Source: Felis catus
Lineage: Eukaryota
Length of the DNA: 64,000 bases
Reading direction: 5' to 3'
NCBI RefSeq assembly: GCF_018350175.1
Contig: NC_058383.1
Location: forward strand, 3,720,001 to 3,784,000
Shown here: one piece after another, positions 58,078 through 64,000 of the stretch
Layout: each line of letters begins with the position of its first letter
Numbering within the stretch: the stretch's first letter is position 1
Notes under the pieces: model-generated
Told to the model about the DNA's origin: nothing
Database searches by the model: none
Seen by the model: the letters and a program-made list of their open reading frames with translations, nothing else
Program-made: the position numbers and the translations under genes

Positions 58078-59038
58078 ATTAAATACAGAGTAACCATATG
58101 ACTCAGCAGTTCCCCTGCGAAGTACAGAGCCAAGAGAATTGAAAGCAAATATCCACACAGAAACCTGTCCAGGACCGTTCACAGCGGCATGATTCACAAC
58201 AGCCAACGGGTGGAGACGATCCAAACGGCCCTAATGAGTGGATGCGTGAGTTTCCTCCGGCTGCCGAAAGGCACGGCCACAAACCAGGTGATTTCAAACC
58301 ACAGAAATGTACGGTCTCCCAGCTCTGGAGACCAGACGACTGAAACCAAGGTGTCGGAGGTGCCTCGCCCCTCCGGGAGCTGCAGGGGGCTCCTCTCTTG
58401 CCAAGCTCGGCATTTCCTGGGCTGTGACTGTGTCACTTCAATTTCTGCCTCTGTTGTCACGTGGCCGTCTTCTGTGTATCTTACTAGGACGCGAGTCATC
58501 AAGGGCTTGATCCTCAGTATGACTGTATTTCACTAGTTACATGGGCAACCACCCTGTATCCAAATAAGGTCAGGTTCTGAGGTACGGAGGGCTGGGATCT
58601 CAACATTTCCTTTTTGGAGGACACAATCAGCTCCGAACAATGGACCGACGCCATGCGGTCTGTCCGTACAAGGGAATGCTGTCCAGCCATAAAAGGAATG
58701 GAAAGCCTGCAAAACGTAAGGCCTGCAAACATGCTGCTCAGAGAAAGAAGCCGGACCCACAAGATCCCGTGTGGTGTGATTCCACTTGTGCAAAACACCC
58801 AGAGCAGGCGAATCCGGAGACAAAGTGGATGTGAAGGCTGGAGGGAGGGAAAGAATGAGGAGGGGCTGCCTAATGGGTCTGGAGTTTATTTCTGGAGTGA
58901 TGGAAATGCTCAGGAATTTTATAGTGATTAACTGTTGTACAAAATTATGCACACACTAAACACTAGTGGACCGTGCACTTTAAAAGCATGAAATTACAGT
59001 GTGTCATTTATATCTCAATAGGGAAAAAAAAAAAAAAA
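58074..59038 (+). mobile_element. L1MB-like 3' end interrupted by an MLT1 LTR
   Basis: ACCATATGACTCAGCAGTTCC; CAGCCATAAAAGGAATG; TATATCTCAATA plus A-tail. Confidence 0.8.
58243..58630 (-). mobile_element. MaLR LTR (MLT1B/C-like)
   Basis: AACCACCCTGTATCCAAATAAGGTCAGGTTCTGAGGTAC...GGAGGACACAATCA; TGGA on both flanks. Confidence 0.8.
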
Positions 59039-59096
59039 AGACTGTTAATGGGATGAAAAACAAGTTACAGACGGAGAGAAAATATTTGCAAACCAC

Positions 59097-59258
59097 TTTT
59101 TTTTTTTTTTTTTTTTTTTTTGGAGAGAGAGAGACTCTCAAGCAGACTCCAGGCCCAGCACAGAGCCCGACGCTGGGCTTGATCTCATGACCGCGAAATC
59201 GCGACGTGAGCCGAAATCCAGAGTCAGACATCTAACGACTGAGCCACCCAGGCACCTC
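59097..59258 (-). mobile_element. SINEC (short form)
   Basis: Poly(T) then antisense body; TSD CAAACCACTT. Confidence 0.92.
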
Positions 59259-59964
59259 TACAAACCACTTATTTTGCAAAGGATTTACATTTAGAATACA
59301 TACGTATTAAAAAGAACATTCAAAAATCCATAGCAGAAATAAAATCGAGTTGGAAAATGGGGAAAAGGAATAAAAAGACCTTTCACTGAAAAAGATAAAC
59401 AGACAGGAATTAAACACATGAAGAGAGTTCGACAATATTAGCCACAAATTGAAACCACAGTGAACTATCGCTACACGCCTACCAAGGTGGCTAAAACAAA
59501 AAGAAACAGACAACACCCTGTGCCGGTGAGGACGCGTAGAAACTAGATCCCGCCTACGTCGCTGACAGAAATGTAAAATGACGCAGCCGTCTAGAAAATT
59601 GGCGATTTCTTACAAAACTATGCACTTATCATATTCGCCCAGAAATAAAAACTTACGTGCACACAAAAACCTGTGCACGACTGTTCATAGTGGCTTTCTT
59701 CATAATGGCCCCAAACTGGAAACAGCCAGTACCCTTCAAGGAAAGCGTTACATCCACACCGCGGATACTACTTAGCCATACAAAGGAACAAACCGTGGAT
59801 ACACATAGTAACTTTTACGAATCTCAAGGGAATCACGCTGAGTGGAGGAAAAAAGCCAATCTGTGGGTGTGACAGAGTAAAGACACAGCCTAAGGGGGCT
59901 CCTTGTGTGTGGATTGTGGTGCTGGTTAACAGATCTACTCATGAGATAAAATGACACAAAACCA

Positions 59965-60185
59965 GGGGCGCCTGGGTGGCGCAGTCGGTTAAGCGTCCGA
60001 CTTCAGCCAGGTCACGATCTCGCGCTCCGTGAGTTCGAGCCCCGCGTCGGGCTCTGGGCTGATGGCTCAGAGCCTGGAGCCTGTTTCCGATTCTGTGTCT
60101 CCCTCTCTCTCTGCCCCTCCCCCGTTCATGCTCTGTCTCTCTCTGTCCCAAAAATAAATAAACGTTGAAAAAAAAAATTAAAAAA
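59965..60185 (+). mobile_element. Young felid SINEC
   Basis: Exact 15-bp TSD AAAATGACACAAAAC. Confidence 0.98.
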
Positions 60186-60632
60186 AAAATGACACAAAAC
60201 TGCATGTGCACACACGCGGACACACACGCACACACACAACTGGTGAAATCCGAGTAGATTCTACAGATTATACAAACGTCACTTTCCTGGGTATGATATT
60301 GTACTATAATTATGCAAGACGTTACCATTGAGGAAAACTGGGTACAGTTCAGGGGACCTCCCCATATATATTTGTTTGCAACTTCTTGAGAATCTAGAAT
60401 TTGTTCCAAATAAAGCGTTTTAAAAATAGGTCATTTATTCACAAAAAATGTTGAACGGTCAGTACGGCCTGGCACGAGCCGGTCGGAACAGAGCCCGGCC
60501 ACGAGCAACCAGCGTGGCCAGCCCCATAACGGTGGCCCGTCAGCTGCACACAAACCCCAGGGTGAAACCGAAAAAACGAGGTGCTGAATGTGGCGGGGAA
60601 GGCCGCATTTCTTTAAGATTGTGTTTATTTGG

Positions 60633-60855
60633 GGGGCACCTGGGTGGCTCAGTCGGTTAAGCATCCGACTTCGGCTCAGGTCATGATCTCACAATACGTG
60701 GGTTCGAGCCCCGTGTCGAGCTCTGTGTGACAGCTCAGCGCCTGGCGCCTGCTTCGGATTCTGTGTCTGCCTCTCTCTCTACCCCACCCCTGCTTTGCAC
60801 TCTGTCCCTCTCTATCTCTCAAAAATGAATAAATGTTAAAAAAGAAAAAGAAAAA
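60633..60855 (+). mobile_element. SINEC
   Basis: Full body and tail. Confidence 0.94.
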
Positions 60856-61004
60856 CCACAAGTTAGTAGAATATTTACTGTTATTAATATATTATTGACG
60901 ATATTTATCCCTGGATAGTAGCATTACAGGTGATTTTAATTTTTTTTTCTTTCATGTATTTTCCCTTTTCCCCCACGACAGATCTAGATAAATAAGTTAC
61001 GGCT

Positions 61005-61080
61005 TCAGTCTTCTTTGGTTGCAAGTCACAGAAAGCAACTCAAATTAACCTAATCAAAAACAAGTCCTAGGAAGGATGTT
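61005..61080. mobile_element. MLT1K/L-like LTR terminal fragment
   Basis: TTTGGTTGCAAGTCACAGAAAGCAACTCAAA. Confidence 0.55.
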
Positions 61081-61126
61081 GGGGGCTGAGGCAAAACAAA
61101 GAGTGAGACTTGCCCACCCAACATTC

Positions 61127-61149
<23 letters not shown>

Positions 61150-61160
<11 letters not shown>

Positions 61161-61610
61161 CCTTTCTAAAAGAAGCCTGATCTTTGTCACAGTGGGAACA
61201 TGTCCATTTAAACCCCACTGCCCAGCTTCCCTTAAAACTCGGTGTGGCTGTGTGACATTATTACAGCAGACAAGATATAAATGGAAGTCCAATGGGTTGG
61301 AATCCTGGGAAAGGGTTTTTTTTGGCTTGTTTGTCTGTTTGCTTTTAAGTGGCTGACTGCGCTTGCAATGCCCTTTTGACCCTCCTCCTTCCTCATTCCT
61401 CCTGTATGGAATATCAACATGATGGCTGGTGCCGCAGCAGCAATGATGACGTTACGTGACCTTAACGATCGAAGCGCCATGCTGAGGATGGTTAGAGCAG
61501 AGAGACAAGAATAGTCTGTGACATTAGGGACTCTCTGGAGCCACAGACCGGACCAGCTGCCTGATATTTAAGTCACTCTTTTTCCACTGCCTGCAAACTC
61601 ATCCCTGAGC
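61150..61610 (+). mobile_element. MaLR LTR (MLT1I/J-like)
   Basis: CCCAGCTTCCCTTAAAACTCGGTGTGGCTGTGTGAC; TGATGGCTGGTGCCGCAGCAGC; CCATGCTGAGGATGG. Confidence 0.65.
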
Positions 61611-62575
61611 CATCCAGGGCTCACAGGACCAACAAGAAACTGGAGAACCTGGCTTAAAAACGGGCAAGAATGGAGGCAGCTGGAGGGTTAAGAAGCAAGA
61701 ACCACACCCACAAAGTTATGGGTGACCTCCTCACCCGCGTGTGGTAATCCTCCTTCTCGAGAGAGCAGCAGCTGGGTTAGTAAACAGTCACCTGTGTCTG
61801 AAAGCAAACCACATCCTTTCCTGGAAGCCAAGCGTTAGGTTGGGAAAAGAAAAAAAACAGAGAAGTCTATCCATTTGCCTTCTAGAAGTCCCTCTTTGGA
61901 GATCCTGCTGGTTTATTCTTATCTATTTCCGGGGAGAAACTTACCTTCTCAGTGTCTCAAATAAAACATAAGTCATGAATATCTGTGCCCACATTTCTCC
62001 GTCACAAAAGACTTCCCCACCACGGCAAGCTGTAAAGCATGGGTGGGGGGGGGCTGCCTGCATCCACCCCTCACGCCAGGTAAGCCCTGCCAGCTCAGAG
62101 GTCCAGGAAGTGATGAGACCTGCCTCCAACAGAGAGCTGGGAGTACCAGGAAGAAGATTATTGGCAAAACCCTTTGGAGCCCTGAAAGTTCCATCTCATT
62201 GTAATTGTCAAAAATGTAAGTGTCACCTAAGCCCACAAGGGGCGAGGCCCTGATTGTGGCACATCCCACAAGTTGGGGCGTGGAAAAAAATTCCATTCAT
62301 TTTGTAGCCCCTTTGTTCTTTTGCCCAGGACTCAGCTCCAGAGGAAGAAGCATCCAGTTGGGTCTAGCTTGGGCCGTGTGATGCCTTGTGTGCTGGGTGG
62401 AGGGCAGATTCCCTCCTGATTATAAACCCCACTCACTGCCATTGAACTGTACCCAATGGGAAAGGGACAGGGGATTCCTCAAGCAAAATCAGAGGAAATG
62501 GGTAACTGGGAAATACATGTATTTTAACTTTAAATAGAGAAAATCTAAATTCAGTGTTTAAAAGACAAAAATCCA

Positions 62576-62783
62576 GGGAAGCCTGGGTGGTTCAGTCAGT
62601 TAAGTGTCCAACTTTGGCTCAGGTCATGATCTCACAGTTCATGAGTTCAAGCCCTGCATGGGGCTCTGTGCTGATGGCTCATAGCCCGGAGCCTGCTTCG
62701 GATTCTGTGTCTCCCTCTCTCTCTGCCCACCCCCCCTGTTCTATCTCTCTCAAAAATAAATAAACATTAAAAAAAAATTTTTG
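62576..62783 (+). mobile_element. SINEC
   Basis: Full body; exact 15-bp TSD AAAGACAAAAATCCA. Confidence 0.96.
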
Positions 62784-62949
62784 AAAGACAAAAATCCATG
62801 TAACGCTTTAACTGAAAACTCTTAGAAAACACAAGTGCCAGGGAACTAAGGTGATACTCAGATTGCATATCTGTGCTTTTCAAGTTCCAGTTTCTATGTC
62901 CAGGTGAATTCTGTGCTGAAATCCACCCGAGCAATACTGTGATTCTCTC

Positions 62950-63780
62950 GGGTCACACGACGGTGAGTGGAGTGGTCCCTGGTACTGATGAGCTCCTGAG
63001 TCCAGAGAGGGAGCAAGAGATTTATGTGACAAACCATGAAATGATGGGTAAGACCTGTTAAAGGCACCCAGCGAAAGCACCATGGGAGAACAGGGAAATG
63101 GGGTTGTTAATTTTGGTCCTGAAGATCAGAGGAGACTTCCTGGAGGAGGTGACACTTGAGTAGATAGGAGATGAAGACACAGCTTTGAATGTCATGCTGG
63201 ATTTTTCGGTGGAAAACGGTGCGCCTCTGACGTTTTTTGAGCAGAGGGATAATATGGTCTTATCCCAGCAGCACTGGAGAGATTAGGTCGCCCCGGCCGG
63301 AGAGGTCGGGAGACCAGTAAGCGTGCGGCTGCGATGATTCAGATGAGCAGTGATGAGGGGCTGTTTTAGAGTCCGGGGAAGCTGCGGTAATGATGAGAAG
63401 CCGCATTCCGGGGAGCAAGACTGGGCGAGCCTTGATGAATAATGGGATGTTGGGGGTGAAGTGGAAAGTAACGTAAGACTTCTGTCTTGGGCAATGCGGT
63501 GAATTGCGATGCTGTGAACCAATCTGGGAACTCGGGAGCAGTGTGAAGGGGAAGACGGGAAGGCCGACTGGGGTCAGGTAGGGTTTGAGATGCGTTAGAG
63601 ACACCCTGGCAGAAACATGCAGTAGGTGAGTGGATGCCACAGTCGGAACCGTTGGTACTCGTGACCTTCGTGTTTTGAGAAGAGCTGGGAAGCCGGAAGG
63701 ATCACGGACACGACAGAGCCTACGAGCGAGACTGTCGGACCGGCGTCAGCTCAGCTCGGGGCAGATCGACACAGCTACCG
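62950..63780 (-). mobile_element. L2 fragment
   Basis: GAGGAGACTTCCTGGAGGAGGTGACACTTGAG; TTTTGAGCAGAGGGA; GGTTTGAGATGC. Confidence 0.75.
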
Positions 63781-64000
63781 AGGACACACGTCCTCTTTGC
63801 CAGGCTCTGGGGGCGCGGCGGGCCAGCGGGACGGTGACCGTGACAGATGTAGCCCCCGCCCTCACAGAGCCCCGAGCAGTGGGAAGGTGCCAGCGGAGGA
63901 GAGACGAACGTCTGTGCCTCTTTGCCAAAAAAGGCAGATTCCAGAAGCTTCAGAACTCCACGTCTGGCTGGGCAACAGTCCTGAAGTCTCGTAAACCCCG

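Larger units (their letters stand above)
59040..60425 (+). mobile_element. L1MC/MD-like ORF2 end plus 3' UTR, carrying two SINEs
   Basis: ACAGACGGAGAGAAAATATTTGCAAACCAC; CCCCAAACTGGAAACA; TTGCAACTTCTTGAGAATCTA. Confidence 0.82.

Noticed and set aside
61..62763. Recurrent short ORFs of the type MAQSVKRPTSAQV...
   Set aside because: Translations of SINEC bodies, not a gene family.

Overview
Mammalian (carnivore, most likely cat-family) non-coding genomic DNA. The evidence is about 38 tRNA-derived Can-SINE (SINEC) copies with felid-type bodies (GGGGCGCCTGGGTGGCTCAGTCGGTTAAGCGTCCGACTTC...(CT)n-AAAATAAA-A-tail), embedded among old eutherian repeats: L1M 3' fragments, L2, MIR, MaLR/ERVL LTRs, and hAT and Tigger MERs. 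I recognise no protein-coding gene, structural RNA gene, CRISPR array or intact autonomous element. The ORF track is explained by GC-rich sequence, SINE bodies and simple repeats. The window looks like a large intron or intergenic regulatory region. I found no convincing new biological system. The most notable patterns are: repeated re-use of one target site by successive SINEs; several very young SINEs with perfect TSDs; kb-scale GC/CpG enrichment inside normally AT-rich old repeats; a consensus CTCF motif; a (GGGTCA)7 array; a two-variant 8-mer minisatellite inside a SINE; and a few candidate regulatory motifs and exons. Repeat subfamily names are by-eye matches to remembered consensus sequences and old-repeat boundaries are approximate; RepeatMasker/Dfam should confirm them.
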